Assembly (NCBI GenBank): GCA_024276825.1
Contig: JAJRWI010000069.1
Location: 53,459-117,458, forward strand
Direction: 5' to 3'
Source of the DNA: an archaeon
GTDB taxonomy: Archaea > Asgardarchaeota > Thorarchaeia > Thorarchaeales > Thorarchaeaceae
Length of the DNA: 64,000 bases
Part shown: positions 18,292-29,512 of the stretch, piece by piece
How positions within the stretch are numbered: the stretch's first letter is position 1
Layout of the letters: each line of letters opens with the position of its first letter
The notes under the pieces: generated by a model
The model's input: the letters and a program-made list of their open reading frames with translations, nothing else
What the model was told of the DNA's origin: nothing
The model's database searches: none
Translations under genes and position numbers: made by a program

Positions 18292-18329
18292 TGACCGAGC
18301 ATCTCGCTCAGGTCATCCCCTTCTTTTTT
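18292..18329 (+). terminator. Hairpin plus U-tract terminator after hbd
   Basis: TGACCGAGC-ATCTC-GCTCAGGTCA then TCCCCTTCTTTTTT. Confidence 0.6.
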
Positions 18330-18382
18330 ATATAGCAATTAAATAAATACAGGATGTTGATTCTAATCAGCTGGTGGCCTGC

Positions 18383-19225
18383 ATGAAATACATCGAGTCA
18401 AAATATGTAGGATATGACGGACTCAGGATGTTCATGGCACAATGGATTCCTGACAGTGAACGACCAAGAGCCCTAATAATTGTCATCCATGGACTTGGAA
18501 GTCATGGAGGTGATATGCGTGCAATTGGTGAATACTTTGCAGAGAGAAACTTCGCTGTGTTTGCCCCAGACATGCGAGGATTTGGCCACTATTCAGGATT
18601 GAAAGGTCACATCATGAAGTACGAGGAGTTCATAGAGGATTTACAAAATATTGTCATGCAGGTAAAAGACCAGTTTCCAAATCGAATAACATATCTTTAT
18701 GGCTCATCACTGGGTGGTCTGCATATTATATGGTATGTGGTGACATATCCAGGCGTGGTTGATGGCATTATCCTCTCATGCCCTGCTGTTGCACAGAGTC
18801 TCAAGATTAGCAAGGCGAAATACATAGCGGGGTATATCCTCTCGTTAATGAATGTCAAGAAATACTATGAAAATGATGTAACTTTGGAAGATGCCTGTCG
18901 TGATCCAGAAGTGATTGAACGACAGAAAAGGGACCCGCTACGCTTTGAGAGAGTGACTCCAAGATTTGGAATTGAATGCCTAAAAGCTGTGAGCAAGGGT
19001 TTTCAATTGGGGCCATACATAACATTACCAGTGCTTTATCAACAGGCAGGCGATGACAAACTAGTGCCTCCTGCAAGAAGCAAAGAGTTCTACGAAACAA
19101 TAGCCTCCAAGGACAAGTCATGGATATTATATCCTGGGCTTTATCACGCGCTTCACGATGAACCTGAGAGAGAACAGGTATTCAATGACATACAAAACTG
19201 GTTGGATAAGAGACTTCCAACATGA
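18383..19225 (+). CDS. Alpha/beta hydrolase, lysophospholipase/monoacylglycerol lipase family
   Basis: HGLGSH, DMRGFG, GSSLGG nucleophile elbow, DDKLV, YPGLYH. Confidence 0.9.
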   Translation: MKYIESKYVGYDGLRMFMAQWIPDSERPRALIIVIHGLGSHGGDMRAIGEYFAERNFAVFAPDMRGFGHYSGLKGHIMKYEEFIEDLQNIVMQVKDQFPNRITYLYGSSLGGLHIIWYVVTYPGVVDGIILSCPAVAQSLKISKAKYIAGYILSLMNVKKYYENDVTLEDACRDPEVIERQKRDPLRFERVTPRFGIECLKAVSKGFQLGPYITLPVLYQQAGDDKLVPPARSKEFYETIASKDKSWILYPGLYHALHDEPEREQVFNDIQNWLDKRLPT

Positions 19226-19287
19226 AAATATGTTTTTTAATCGCCGTGCACATTATTTGGCCGGTAAATTTTATGGAAGAGAGTAAT

Positions 19288-20142
19288 ATGAAGATAAAGG
19301 AGAGTCATTATCAAGGACATGATGGAACACGAATGCTTGTTAGAGCATGGGCTCCAGATGAAGAGTCAAAGGCATCAATTGTTGCTATTCATGGACTTGG
19401 AGCGCATAGTGGGCTGCTATCAAACCTAGGCGAGTTTTTCAGTAGTAAAGGATTCACATTTTATGCACCAGATATGCGAGGATTTGGCACATTTCCAGGC
19501 CGTAAGGGACATGTTGAGAGTTTTGATGAATATATCGAAGACATGAAATTCTTGATTGATGATATCAAGGACAAATCATCAGGAAAGAGGGTGTTTCTAT
19601 TTGGACACTCTCTAGGTGGACTTCATGTCATCCGATATGTTTCTAGTAACCCAGGACAGGTGGATGGCGTAATCCTCATGTGCCCGGGAATATCTGAACG
19701 GTTGAAGGTAAGCAATGCAACTAAGAAGCTTGTGGGCTTTCTCTCAAAATTAAATCTTAAAGTATATTTCAATAATGGACTTGATTTCACTCTTCTTGCT
19801 AAGAATCCCGAGATACCTCAAAGATATCAAGAAGATCCACTTCGGTTTGATAAGGTCACCCCCCGCTTTGCAAGTGAGGGGTTCAAGGCTTCCGCCGAAG
19901 GGGCGAGTTTGGCACCAAGCATAAGAGACCCAGTGCTTGTTATCCAGACGGGTGAAGACAAGATAATAATTCCCGAAAAAACTAAAGAGTTCTTTGACAA
20001 TATTAGTTCACTTGATAAGACCTACAAGTTCTATCCAGACTTGTACCACGAGCCCTTTGAGGATGATGGCGTCGATGAACTGCTAAATGATATTTATGTT
20101 TGGATTGAAGAGAGAATTCAACCTACAGAATTATCTGAATAA
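19288..20142 (+). CDS. Alpha/beta hydrolase, lysophospholipase/monoacylglycerol lipase family (tandem paralog)
   Basis: HGLGAH, DMRGFG, GHSLGG, EDKII, YPDLYHE; start placed at ATG 19288 by alignment to the upstream paralog. Confidence 0.9.
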   Translation: MKIKESHYQGHDGTRMLVRAWAPDEESKASIVAIHGLGAHSGLLSNLGEFFSSKGFTFYAPDMRGFGTFPGRKGHVESFDEYIEDMKFLIDDIKDKSSGKRVFLFGHSLGGLHVIRYVSSNPGQVDGVILMCPGISERLKVSNATKKLVGFLSKLNLKVYFNNGLDFTLLAKNPEIPQRYQEDPLRFDKVTPRFASEGFKASAEGASLAPSIRDPVLVIQTGEDKIIIPEKTKEFFDNISSLDKTYKFYPDLYHEPFEDDGVDELLNDIYVWIEERIQPTELSE

Positions 20143-20214
20143 AGAGCTGGCAATATACTATTTAGAAATCATTAAGTTTGAGTTGAACAGCCATCTTGAG
20201 CGAGGTGGTCAGAG

Positions 20215-20910
20215 TTGTCAGAAGAACAGCCAAAAGATGTAGATACTGATGAGCAGGACTTGAACCATCAGACTGATGAGAGAGCTGAAAAGACAGAGGG
20301 TAAAGAGAGGAAAAAATACAGCTTCAATTGTTTGGAAAAAGAATGCGATAATAGAGTATGTTGCACAAGGCCGATTATTAACGTGACTTTTGATGATATT
20401 TCTAGATGGACAACTCAGAAGGTCTTGCCTCACATCTTTCATGCATTAACTTTTCATGTTCCTGAGAAAGATGGAGATCAGTTGAGAATCGAGATGGCAA
20501 AGCAACCATTGAAGAAAGACTCCGAAAAGTCCGCATGCATATTGTATAATGAGGAGAATAATGCATGCAGAATAAGATACTCCAGACCCATCTCATGCAG
20601 AACATTTCCTCTGCAGTACACTGGAAGCAAATTCATTCTATCGGACAAGACCTGTCCCGGAATCGGCAAAGGAGAGGTCACAAAAGAGTCTTTGAAAGAG
20701 GCACGAAACATTGCAGAACAGGAGTTCAAAGAGAGAATCAATACTCAGACTGCATTGCCTGGGGTCTATTCGGTATTTACTACACACATGCTGACACAGT
20801 CGATGAGGGCAATGGAGGGCCTGTCAGAGGAGGACAAGAAACGGCTGCAGGAGATCCTATCTAAGGGCAAGGGACAGCATGAGAAGACTGATAAAGAGAG
20901 TTCAGAATAA
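20215..20910 (+). CDS. YkgJ/UPF0153 cysteine-cluster protein
   Basis: FNCLEKECDNRVCC, ACILY, CRIRYSRPISCRTFP, CPGIGKG. Confidence 0.85.
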   Translation: MSEEQPKDVDTDEQDLNHQTDERAEKTEGKERKKYSFNCLEKECDNRVCCTRPIINVTFDDISRWTTQKVLPHIFHALTFHVPEKDGDQLRIEMAKQPLKKDSEKSACILYNEENNACRIRYSRPISCRTFPLQYTGSKFILSDKTCPGIGKGEVTKESLKEARNIAEQEFKERINTQTALPGVYSVFTTHMLTQSMRAMEGLSEEDKKRLQEILSKGKGQHEKTDKESSE

Positions 20911-20917
20911 GAACACT

Positions 20918-22030
20918 CTAGAGCTCGATACGAACAAGGTCCTTGTCCATGAAAGTGATGAGTTCACAACCATCATCAGTAACGCATACAAGATCTTCAA
21001 TCCTCACTCCAAACAGACCTTCAAGATATATCCCTGGCTCTATACTATGCGTCATTCCAGATCCAAGTTCCATTGGATTGCCTCTGACCAAATATGGAGG
21101 CTCATGCACCTCTATCCCTATTCCATGTCCCAATCGATGAGTGAATTGTTCTGCATATCCAGCCTTCTCTATAACAAGTCGGGCAATGCCATCAGCGCGG
21201 CCACATGTTAGGCCTGGTGCGATTGCTTCTATTGCGGTTTCTTGAGCTCTTAGTACAATTTCATAGACCTCAAGTTGGTCCTCACTAGGATCACCGACAA
21301 CTCCCACTCGTGTCATATCAGTGTTATAGCCACCGAGGGAGCAACCACAGTCAAATAAGACAAGGTCACCCTGCTTCAGTGCCCTTTTTCCAGATGAAAT
21401 ATGAGGAAGTGCACTGTTCTCTCCAAATTGAACTGCAGCAAATGTTGGTGTTGCTCCCAGTTTTACTATTTCCCGCTGGATGACCTGCATCAGCTCAAGT
21501 TCGCTAATACCCACATGGGCCTCTTTGAATGCGATATCAAACACTTTGGCAATAATCTCACCAGCCCTCTTCATAAGCGATACTTCTTCAGGACTCTTAC
21601 GCAATCGCATTGATTCAATCAGGGGTGTTATTGATGACACCTTCTTGAATTGGCCAAGTGACCTCTTCAATGACCAGTATATTCCAAGAGGGAGTGTATT
21701 ATCCAGCATTATCGAGCTCTCACTCTTTTCATCAAACCCAAGATGATCCGCAAGTGCCCTGTATGGATCCTCATCCTCTTCCCATGGAATGAAGTCGTCA
21801 ACCCAAGTTCTACTGGCAAGGTGTGAAATCTCAAAGGCAGGAGAGAGGATTGAAGGGTTTCCATTCCTAGGGATCACAAGAGCCATCACACGCTCCCTCA
21901 TCTCAACACTCAGTCCAGTAAGATAGAGAAAAGTAGGTGAGGGGGTGATAATTGCAAAGTCTATGTTTTTCTCATTAATAAACTGATGGACTGTTTCCAT
22001 TCGTCGTCTGAACACATTCTCGTCGAGCAT
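20918..22030 (-). CDS. Xaa-Pro dipeptidase/aminopeptidase (M24B)
   Basis: RLRKSPEE, NSALPH, DCGC..GYNTDMTR, HRLGHGIGIEVHE, IEPGIY, GVRIED; start set at ATG 22030. Confidence 0.93.
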   Translation of the reverse strand: MLDENVFRRRMETVHQFINEKNIDFAIITPSPTFLYLTGLSVEMRERVMALVIPRNGNPSILSPAFEISHLASRTWVDDFIPWEEDEDPYRALADHLGFDEKSESSIMLDNTLPLGIYWSLKRSLGQFKKVSSITPLIESMRLRKSPEEVSLMKRAGEIIAKVFDIAFKEAHVGISELELMQVIQREIVKLGATPTFAAVQFGENSALPHISSGKRALKQGDLVLFDCGCSLGGYNTDMTRVGVVGDPSEDQLEVYEIVLRAQETAIEAIAPGLTCGRADGIARLVIEKAGYAEQFTHRLGHGIGIEVHEPPYLVRGNPMELGSGMTHSIEPGIYLEGLFGVRIEDLVCVTDDGCELITFMDKDLVRIEL

Positions 22031-22129
22031 AGCCCAGCTCTCACAACCGCACTCAATATTGTTCCACTTTTTAATAACAATAGCGGTTGAGAACTTTGTC
22101 GTGATAATCACAGTTAATAATACTATCAA

Positions 22130-23467
22130 ATGTCGCTTATTGAGGAAAGCTGGACAATGACCATGGACGCCAATGACAACTCTTTTCAGAAACTTCCCAG
22201 AAGCGTCTATATTGTTGGTGCATTGTCGAAATTCGCGGAGGGCTTGTATCGACCATTTTTGCAGACATATATGATAGACATAGGTGCCACATATACCGAG
22301 CTTGGTGCATTCAGAAGTGTTGGCAATATTGCTCCGACAATCTTACAGCCCGCTTGGGGTGCGAAATCCGATCAGATAGGAAGACGACAGCCATTTGTAG
22401 CATTTGGAACATTCTCTGGGTTTTTGATGGTGTTCATGTTTCTGTGGGCACAGACACCCATTCATATGATAGTACTCTATGCGATTCAGTCAGTCCTTCT
22501 TAGTATACAGATTCCCACTTGGCAGTCTTTGATTGGTTCTCTGATGGGGGAAGAAAATCGTAGGGATGAACTGGGAAAGCTCGGAATAGTCACTAGTATA
22601 ACCTCACTTGTTGCCACTATAATTACAGGGTTTATTGCTACGGTTGGCTATCTCATAATGCCACCAGTTGATCCAATCCGCGCAGAGTACTACACTCCAT
22701 TCTATCTCACTGCAGTTATTGGGATTATCGCATCCATCATTTCATTTGCAATCAATGAGAAGAAGCCCAAGAAGATAAAGAAAAGGGAATTTCCACCACT
22801 GAGAAGGATTCTATCGAAACCGGGCGATTTTAGAAAACTCTGTGGAATAACCATATTCTTCTCTTTTGGTATGTCCATGGCATGGCCATTCTTTGCAGTG
22901 ATTCAGAGAAGAGTTCTTGAGTTCTCATTACTAGAGATAGCAATCGTGTCTGCCTTGATGACCACTATATCTGCAATTTTCTCAATGCCATTTGGCAGAT
23001 TGAGCGATAAGGTAGGGCGAAAACCCCTTATCATGTTTGGGCGGTTCTTGTTGTTCATAGTGGCATTGCTTTATGCATTAGCAGTCCCAAGTACTTGGTA
23101 TTTTGTATATATTGCGAATATTATAGCTGGTATCTCCATCGCCTCTTCAATGAATGCCATTCAGGCCTACATTTATGATGTTGCTCCTGAAGAAGAGAGA
23201 GGATCATATCTTGCTGTGTTCAACACATTCACGGGAATTGTATTCTTGTTGGGTTCACTCATTAGTGGCATCATTGGAGATATGCTAGAGCCATTTGTCG
23301 GATGGCATCTTGCAGCTGCATTCATGCTACTTGCCAGTTCGGTCATTAGATTTGTGGGTTCATTCTTCTATTTATTCTTGGATGAGCCCCGAGAGTACAA
23401 ATCAACTGTAAAGAGAGAACTTGCATCAATCATCAACCGAAGGCGATTTGGTGCAGATTCAATGTGA
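22130..23467 (+). CDS. MFS transporter
   Basis: WGAKSDQIGRR and FGRLSDKVGRKP motif A repeats; about 12 TM; true start may be 22157 or 22163. Confidence 0.9.
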   Translation: MSLIEESWTMTMDANDNSFQKLPRSVYIVGALSKFAEGLYRPFLQTYMIDIGATYTELGAFRSVGNIAPTILQPAWGAKSDQIGRRQPFVAFGTFSGFLMVFMFLWAQTPIHMIVLYAIQSVLLSIQIPTWQSLIGSLMGEENRRDELGKLGIVTSITSLVATIITGFIATVGYLIMPPVDPIRAEYYTPFYLTAVIGIIASIISFAINEKKPKKIKKREFPPLRRILSKPGDFRKLCGITIFFSFGMSMAWPFFAVIQRRVLEFSLLEIAIVSALMTTISAIFSMPFGRLSDKVGRKPLIMFGRFLLFIVALLYALAVPSTWYFVYIANIIAGISIASSMNAIQAYIYDVAPEEERGSYLAVFNTFTGIVFLLGSLISGIIGDMLEPFVGWHLAAAFMLLASSVIRFVGSFFYLFLDEPREYKSTVKRELASIINRRRFGADSM

Positions 23468-23563
23468 ATGAGAAATTAATTGGCCAGTGATGACTTCGTG
23501 CATCCCATAATATTTAACGACCGGAACTATCAGACTTGACAGCGGATAGTTGAGGACTGCAAT

Positions 23564-23914
23564 TTGAAAAAGACCACAAGCTTCGAAGAAAGCTGGAAAA
23601 TTGAGATGCGTCGAGGCATCCTTCAATATGCGGTTCTTGCTATTGTTAAAAAGCATAAAGAGGGTGTACATGGATATAAAATCGCCAAAGATCTTGAAGA
23701 ACGAACAAGAGGATTACTGAAAATAAAGGAGGGAACACTTTACCCAATACTTCATAGACTACAAAAGGAGAGACTTCTGGATGTTTCTAGAATGGAAAAA
23801 TCTGAGGCAGGTCCCAAGAGAAAGGTCTATGTCTTGACATCCAAGGGAGACCGAGTTCTTAGAGCCCTTGCTGCAATCCTTCGCGAATACTTGACTAGAT
23901 TGGAGGAATTATAA
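23564..23914 (+). CDS. PadR-family transcriptional regulator
   Basis: RRGILQYAVL, HGYKI, EGTLYPILHRL, RKVYVLTSKG. Confidence 0.92.
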   Translation: MKKTTSFEESWKIEMRRGILQYAVLAIVKKHKEGVHGYKIAKDLEERTRGLLKIKEGTLYPILHRLQKERLLDVSRMEKSEAGPKRKVYVLTSKGDRVLRALAAILREYLTRLEEL

Positions 23915-23915
23915 A

Positions 23916-24392
23916 GTGATTGACTCAGAAATTGAAGAAGTGATTGAGAGTTATCTAAAGAGCCTCAAAAGCAAACTGCCTGACAGCTTTGAGGCAGAAG
24001 ACCTCATTGAGGATTTGAGAGCACATATAATCGAGTCATTCAATGATAAGAGGGAACAATTCCCTCAATATACCGACTCACAGATAATGCAGAGGGTCCT
24101 TGATGAACTCGGTGAGCCTGAAGACATTGCTCAGGAATATGGAATTGAACTGGGTGAAGAAGAGCCACTCGAGATGCGAAGGAGTAAGGGAATCCGAGTG
24201 CTGGCACGATTGTTCATTGCAATTATTGTCACTGTGATCTGTTCATGGATCGTGTCTGTAATGACTGAAGGTAGGGTGGATTTCTGGCTGTCATTAGTGG
24301 TTCTGATGGTATTTGCAATAGCTGAATGGTTTGTGAGGGCATGGCAGGCAGGGGAGAGTTCACCATTTGATATTCTCAGAAGCAAGGATTAA
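23916..24392 (+). CDS. HAAS-domain membrane protein (PadR partner)
   Basis: YLKSLKSKL...IEDLRAHI...LGEPEDIAQEY followed by two TM helices. Confidence 0.8.
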   Translation: MIDSEIEEVIESYLKSLKSKLPDSFEAEDLIEDLRAHIIESFNDKREQFPQYTDSQIMQRVLDELGEPEDIAQEYGIELGEEEPLEMRRSKGIRVLARLFIAIIVTVICSWIVSVMTEGRVDFWLSLVVLMVFAIAEWFVRAWQAGESSPFDILRSKD

Positions 24393-24403
24393 TCATATAT
24401 TGG

Positions 24404-24994
24404 ATGAGCATCAGAGGAATATCTATGAAAATCAGCACAGTGTATTTTGAAGAAGCATCATCTGAGCATACCGATAGAGTGATTCAATGCGTGAGTGATT
24501 TTCTAAAGAACAACCCGCAGGTCAGAAAGATAGTTGTAGCAACAACAGGAGGAGAAACGGGTCTCAAAGTGGCCAAGGCATTTTCGGACAGAGAAGTCAT
24601 TGTTGTAACTCATCAGATTGGTTTCATGGCTCCAGATTATGATGAACTTAGTCCCGAAAAGAGAGAAGAGATCATAAGCGCAGGCGGAAAAGTACTCACA
24701 GCTACTCATGCATTTGCTGGAGTCGGAAGGAGCATGAGAAAGATGTTTGATACATGGACTGTGCCTGAGATATTTTCAATTGCCTATCGTACATTCGGGC
24801 AGGGTACCAAAGTGTGTGCAGAGATTGCTCTTATGGCCGCTGATTCAGGTCTTGTTTCAGTCAATGAAGAGGTAGTTTGCATCGGTGGAACTGGAAGGGG
24901 AGCAGACACTGCTTGGCTGGTAAGACCAGCACATACTAGTAGTTTTCCAGAGTTGCGAATGAAGGGTTGCATATGCAAACCACTCGAGTTCTAA
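24404..24994 (+). CDS. Stand-alone pyruvate kinase C-terminal-like domain protein (MTH1675-like)
   Basis: VVATTGGETG, VVTH, THAFAGV, FGQGTKVCAEIALMAADSG, GGTGRGADTA. Confidence 0.85.
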   Translation: MSIRGISMKISTVYFEEASSEHTDRVIQCVSDFLKNNPQVRKIVVATTGGETGLKVAKAFSDREVIVVTHQIGFMAPDYDELSPEKREEIISAGGKVLTATHAFAGVGRSMRKMFDTWTVPEIFSIAYRTFGQGTKVCAEIALMAADSGLVSVNEEVVCIGGTGRGADTAWLVRPAHTSSFPELRMKGCICKPLEF

Positions 24995-26031
24995 TCGAAT
25001 AACTCATCAAACTTTTCCAGGTATTTCTTCTGTTCTTTATTCAGCTTCTTGGGAATCTTAATCTTCACTCTGACCAGCTGATCACCCTGCCGACCATCAT
25101 TGGTGTGAACCCCCTTTCCCCGCATTCTAAACAGTGTATTACCCTCAGTGCCCGGCTTGACATGAATCTCACTCTTGCCCCACATTGTTGGCACCTCAAC
25201 TTTTCCGCCAAGCACTGCGACTGAAAATGGAATCTCCATCTCCATATAAACATGAAGACCTCTTCTAATGAAAAGATCGTGTGGTTTGACTCTGAATGTC
25301 ACAAACATTCTTCCTGGTGGACCACCACGAGGGCCGAAGTGTCCCGATCCCCGTATGACTTGAGTGATTCCATCTTCAACGCCCGGAGGAATCTTTACTG
25401 TGGTATCTATGCGTTTCTTTACAAGTCCTGTACCACGGCATGCAGAACAGGGGGTGTCAACGATCTCACCCATTCCTCGACATGTTGGGCACGATCGGTT
25501 TCCAAATAGTCCAAAACCATATCGAGGATCAATCCCACGCCCTCTGCATGTAGGACATGTTCTTGGCGAAGATCCCGATTTGGCGCCTGTGCCATTACAT
25601 TCCTCACATGGGACCATACGATTAAATACAATGTCCTTTTCGCACCCAAAGAATGCCTCATCAAAGGTGAGGGTAATCTCAAGCTGGAGGTCATCTCCAG
25701 TGCGACTTCTGCGTCTAGAACGTCCACCAAAGAAACCACTGAGTATCTCTTCGAGGTCTTCGAAGCCAGAGCCAAATGAAAAGCTCCAGCCTTCCATCCC
25801 AGCTCCGGGACCATCAGGAGTTCCGTAGCGATCATAATTGGCTCGTTTTTGGGGATCACTCAGAATTTCATAGGCCTCATTGATCTTCTTAAGCATCTCC
25901 TCTGCATGCTTATCACCCGGATTACGATCAGGGTGGTACTTCTTGGCTAATCGTCGATAGGCCCGTTTAATCTCCTCATCAGAGGCAGTTCTACTCACAC
26001 CTAGTCGCTCATAAAGATCATCTTCGGCCAA
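24991..26031 (-). CDS. dnaJ: Chaperone DnaJ
   Basis: J-domain with HPD, four CxxCxGxG repeats, C-terminal domains. Confidence 0.96.
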   Translation of the reverse strand: MAEDDLYERLGVSRTASDEEIKRAYRRLAKKYHPDRNPGDKHAEEMLKKINEAYEILSDPQKRANYDRYGTPDGPGAGMEGWSFSFGSGFEDLEEILSGFFGGRSRRRSRTGDDLQLEITLTFDEAFFGCEKDIVFNRMVPCEECNGTGAKSGSSPRTCPTCRGRGIDPRYGFGLFGNRSCPTCRGMGEIVDTPCSACRGTGLVKKRIDTTVKIPPGVEDGITQVIRGSGHFGPRGGPPGRMFVTFRVKPHDLFIRRGLHVYMEMEIPFSVAVLGGKVEVPTMWGKSEIHVKPGTEGNTLFRMRGKGVHTNDGRQGDQLVRVKIKIPKKLNKEQKKYLEKFDELFD

Positions 26032-26052
26032 GAACCACCACCCCCAACTCGA

Positions 26053-27948
26053 CTAGTCAAGGTCATCAAAGTCTACATCGACAGCATCATCATCGGAGTC
26101 GTCTTTGTCGGACTTGCTGGAAGCAGATGTTGCACCATCAGGAGAGCCGCCAGCAAAGAACTGACTTGGGTCAATTCCCATCTGAGAGGGGTCAACTCCA
26201 GCAGCACCTGGCGCAGGTCCCTGAGTACCATAGACTTTCTCCGAAACCTTGAATATCGCTTGTTGAAGGTCGTCAGTGCCAGACTTTATCCGCTCATAGT
26301 CCTCGGAGTCGATTGCCTTCTGTAATGACTCTATCTTCTTCTCAACCTCTGTCTTGAGATCAGCAGTGACCTTATCACCGAAGTCCTTCAAGACCTTCTG
26401 TGCCTGGTATATCATATTGTCGGCATTTACTTTTGCTTCTATCTGAGCCTTCCTCTTCGCATCCTCTTCTGCATATTGCTCTGCCTCATGCACCATCCGC
26501 TCAATATCATCAGACGACAGGTTTGTCGTTGCAGTAATTGTGATTGACTGTTCATTGCCAGTCTTGAGATCCTTGGCAGTAACATTGACAATTCCATTGG
26601 CATCAATATCAAAGGTCACTTCAATCTGAGGAACACCTCGTGGTGCTGGAGGAATACCCTCAAGTCTAAACCGTCCAAGAGTCATGTTTTGAGATGCAAG
26701 AGGTCTCTCGCCCTGCACAACGTGAATGTCTACTGCAGGCTGACCATCAGCCGCTGTTGAGAATATCTTGCTCTTGCGAGTAGGTATGGTAGTATTGCGT
26801 TCGATGATGGGTGTGGCAATACCACCTTCCGTTTCAATACTAAGAGTCAATGGTGTCACATCAAGCAGTAGAATATCATGCTCTCCTGCAAGTACTCCTG
26901 CCTGTGCAGCAGCGCCCAGAGCAACAACCTCGTCTGGGTTAACGCTCTTTTCGCCTTCCTTACCAAAGATGGTCCTGATGACTTGTTGAATCATCGGCAT
27001 TCGGGTTGCGCCACCAACAAGCAGGACTTTATCAATCTGTTCAGGTTCAAGCTTTGCATCAGATAGGGCTTGTCGGATAGGTCCAATAGTTGCTTGCACA
27101 AGGTCCTCAGTCATCTGTTCGAACTTTGAACGTGTGAGTGTGAGATTGATGTGCTTTGGACCAGTCTGATCAGCTGTGATGTATGGTAAATTAATGGTAG
27201 TCTGCATCACTGTTGACAACTCAATCTTTGCCTGCTCTGCAGCGTCCCTGATTCGTTGCATTGCAGAGAGATCTTTTGTAATATCAATTCCAGTTTCCTT
27301 CTTGAACTCTTCAACAACCCAATCGATGATGCGTTGGTCCCAGTCATCGCCACCAAGATGCGTGTTTCCGCTAGTTGAGAGTACTTGGTACACTTCTTCT
27401 CCAATGTCAAGGATTGAAACATCAAATGTCCCTCCGCCAAGGTCATAAACCAAGACCTTGAGTTCCTCGCCCTTCCCCAGGCCGTATGCGAGAGCGGAAG
27501 CAGTTGGCTCGTTGACTATTCTCATCACTTCAAGTCCTGCAATGGTTCCAGCATCCTTGGTGGCCTGACGTTGACTGTCATTGAAATAAGCGGGAACAGT
27601 TATCACAGCCTTTGTGATCTTCTCACCCAGATAGGCCTCAGCATCCTGCTTTAACTTTCTCAAAATCATTGCTGAGATCTCTTGCGGAGTATACTCCTTG
27701 TCACCAATCTTGACTTTGTAATCTTGCCCCATTTTCCTCTTGATTGAACGAACTGTGCGATCGGGCATGGACACAGCTTGACGCTTGGCAAGTTCACCTA
27801 CAACAATCTCACCCTGAGGAGTTATGCCAACAACAGATGGTGTTAGTCGCTTTCCCTCAGCATTTGGGATTATGGTTGGTTTCCCACCTTCCATGTATGC
27901 AATGGCACTATTTGTCGTTCCGAGATCAATCCCCACAATTCTTGACAT
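26053..27948 (-). CDS. dnaK: Chaperone DnaK (Hsp70)
   Basis: [48 protein letters not shown]. Confidence 0.98.
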   Translation of the reverse strand: MSRIVGIDLGTTNSAIAYMEGGKPTIIPNAEGKRLTPSVVGITPQGEIVVGELAKRQAVSMPDRTVRSIKRKMGQDYKVKIGDKEYTPQEISAMILRKLKQDAEAYLGEKITKAVITVPAYFNDSQRQATKDAGTIAGLEVMRIVNEPTASALAYGLGKGEELKVLVYDLGGGTFDVSILDIGEEVYQVLSTSGNTHLGGDDWDQRIIDWVVEEFKKETGIDITKDLSAMQRIRDAAEQAKIELSTVMQTTINLPYITADQTGPKHINLTLTRSKFEQMTEDLVQATIGPIRQALSDAKLEPEQIDKVLLVGGATRMPMIQQVIRTIFGKEGEKSVNPDEVVALGAAAQAGVLAGEHDILLLDVTPLTLSIETEGGIATPIIERNTTIPTRKSKIFSTAADGQPAVDIHVVQGERPLASQNMTLGRFRLEGIPPAPRGVPQIEVTFDIDANGIVNVTAKDLKTGNEQSITITATTNLSSDDIERMVHEAEQYAEEDAKRKAQIEAKVNADNMIYQAQKVLKDFGDKVTADLKTEVEKKIESLQKAIDSEDYERIKSGTDDLQQAIFKVSEKVYGTQGPAPGAAGVDPSQMGIDPSQFFAGGSPDGATSASSKSDKDDSDDDAVDVDFDDLD

Positions 27949-27950
27949 TT

Positions 27951-28562
27951 CTAATCACCTTCCTTTTCAGGGCTTTCTTCTTCATCTTGAGTTCTCTCTT
28001 CCTTAAGCTCGTGTCTATTTACAACCACTAGAGCAGGACGAAGCACTTTCTCTTTCAACATGTAACCACGTTGAAATTCTTTAATGACTATTCCATCAGG
28101 CTCATCAGGATTGTTGACTGTGGACACTGCGTGCTGATAATAGGGGTCGAATGGCTTTCCAAGTGAGTCGATAGGACGAACCTCTTCGCGAGAGAGCAGC
28201 TGTTCAATTTGAAGGAGAATTGCCTTAACTCCCTCTTTTGCAGATTTGGGGTCGCTCTCAAAGTCTGCCTCGACGGCTCGCTCAAGGTTGTCGGCAATCT
28301 CTAGAACCTTAAGTATTATATTCTCACTTGCATATTTAGCGACTTCTTGAAATCGGCCTTCCATTCGCTTTCTAAAATTGTCAAATTCAGCCTGTACTCG
28401 GAGAAGACGGTCTTCTAGCTCATCAGCACGTTTCTTCTCCTGTTCTAGAGCAAGTTCCTTCTCATCAATGGGAGTTATCTCAATGACATCATTCTCTACA
28501 GTCACATTCTGGTCTTCATTTCCCATTGACTCCGCCTCCTCTGTATTCTCCTCGTCCTGCAT
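27951..28562 (-). CDS. grpE: Nucleotide exchange factor GrpE
   Basis: [37 protein letters not shown]; start set at ATG 28562. Confidence 0.95.
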   Translation of the reverse strand: MQDEENTEEAESMGNEDQNVTVENDVIEITPIDEKELALEQEKKRADELEDRLLRVQAEFDNFRKRMEGRFQEVAKYASENIILKVLEIADNLERAVEADFESDPKSAKEGVKAILLQIEQLLSREEVRPIDSLGKPFDPYYQHAVSTVNNPDEPDGIVIKEFQRGYMLKEKVLRPALVVVNRHELKEERTQDEEESPEKEGD

Positions 28563-28761
28563 TATTCTATCACTCTGTAATTGGTTGATGAAAGTACCAA
28601 CTAGCAAATACGCACAAAATGTCTGATCTCAAATTGGCTTGGAAATGCCCAAGTGATTCTAGATACAATCAGCAGGAGTTATACAAAAAAAGCTTTCGAC
28701 CTGTTCATAAACTGACATAACCGAAAACGACTTTTGAGAATATGTTCAATCAAGACTCATT

Positions 28762-29502
28762 ATGGCAGATGATGATTCAATAGATATCGCCCGAGATATG
28801 ATAGTGAGGTCTTCTAAAATCTCAGCTCTCACTGGTGCTGGAATAAGTGTAGACTCAGGCATACCCGATTTCAGATCAGAAGGAGGCCTCTGGGAGAGAT
28901 ACGACCCGCATGAATATGCCACATATGATAGTTTCATCAGAGACCCATCCAAGTTCTGGACTATGGGAAGAGAGCTTGCAAAAGTCCTGCTAAAGGCCAA
29001 GCCTAACCCAGCTCATTTTGCACTTGCAACACTTGAAGAGCGGGGAAAGCTAATTGGAGTCATCACACAGAACATAGATAATCTTCATCAAGTGGCAGGA
29101 AACAAGAGAGTTATCGAGCTGCATGGAAACTATCAAAGAGCCTTCTGTATGAGTTGCAATAAGGAATTCTATGGTGATGAGATTCATAGACGAGTCGCTG
29201 AAGGCGAGATTCCTCCCATATGTGATAGCTGCGGCGGTGTCATTAAGTCCAGAACAATTCTCTTTGGCGAGCCGCTGCCCGAAAGCGCAATGAGTGAGGC
29301 AATTGAGATCTGTAGGTCAACTGACCTCATGCTTGTTATCGGAACAAGTCTGACCGTATATCCTGCTGCTTATCTTCCACAATTAGCAAAGAACTCGGGT
29401 GCCAAAGTGATTCTCATTAATTTGGATGGTACTAACAAGGATGGCGTGGCAGATGTTGTGCTTAAGGGTCATGCATCAAAGATACTGACAAGGTTAGTTT
29501 GA
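28762..29502 (+). CDS. cobB: NAD-dependent protein deacylase (Sir2 family)
   Basis: TGAGISVDSGIPDFR, TQNIDNLH, ELHG, CMSC...CDSC, GTSLTVYPAA. Confidence 0.95.
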   Translation: MADDDSIDIARDMIVRSSKISALTGAGISVDSGIPDFRSEGGLWERYDPHEYATYDSFIRDPSKFWTMGRELAKVLLKAKPNPAHFALATLEERGKLIGVITQNIDNLHQVAGNKRVIELHGNYQRAFCMSCNKEFYGDEIHRRVAEGEIPPICDSCGGVIKSRTILFGEPLPESAMSEAIEICRSTDLMLVIGTSLTVYPAAYLPQLAKNSGAKVILINLDGTNKDGVADVVLKGHASKILTRLV

Positions 29503-29512
29503 TCTTGATATT

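Noticed and set aside
28563-28761. CIRCE heat-shock operator upstream of grpE-dnaK-dnaJ
   Set aside because: No TTAGCACTC-N9-GAGTGCTAA; only 5-bp inverted repeats (CTTGG/CCAAG, TGATT/AATCA) that could be chance
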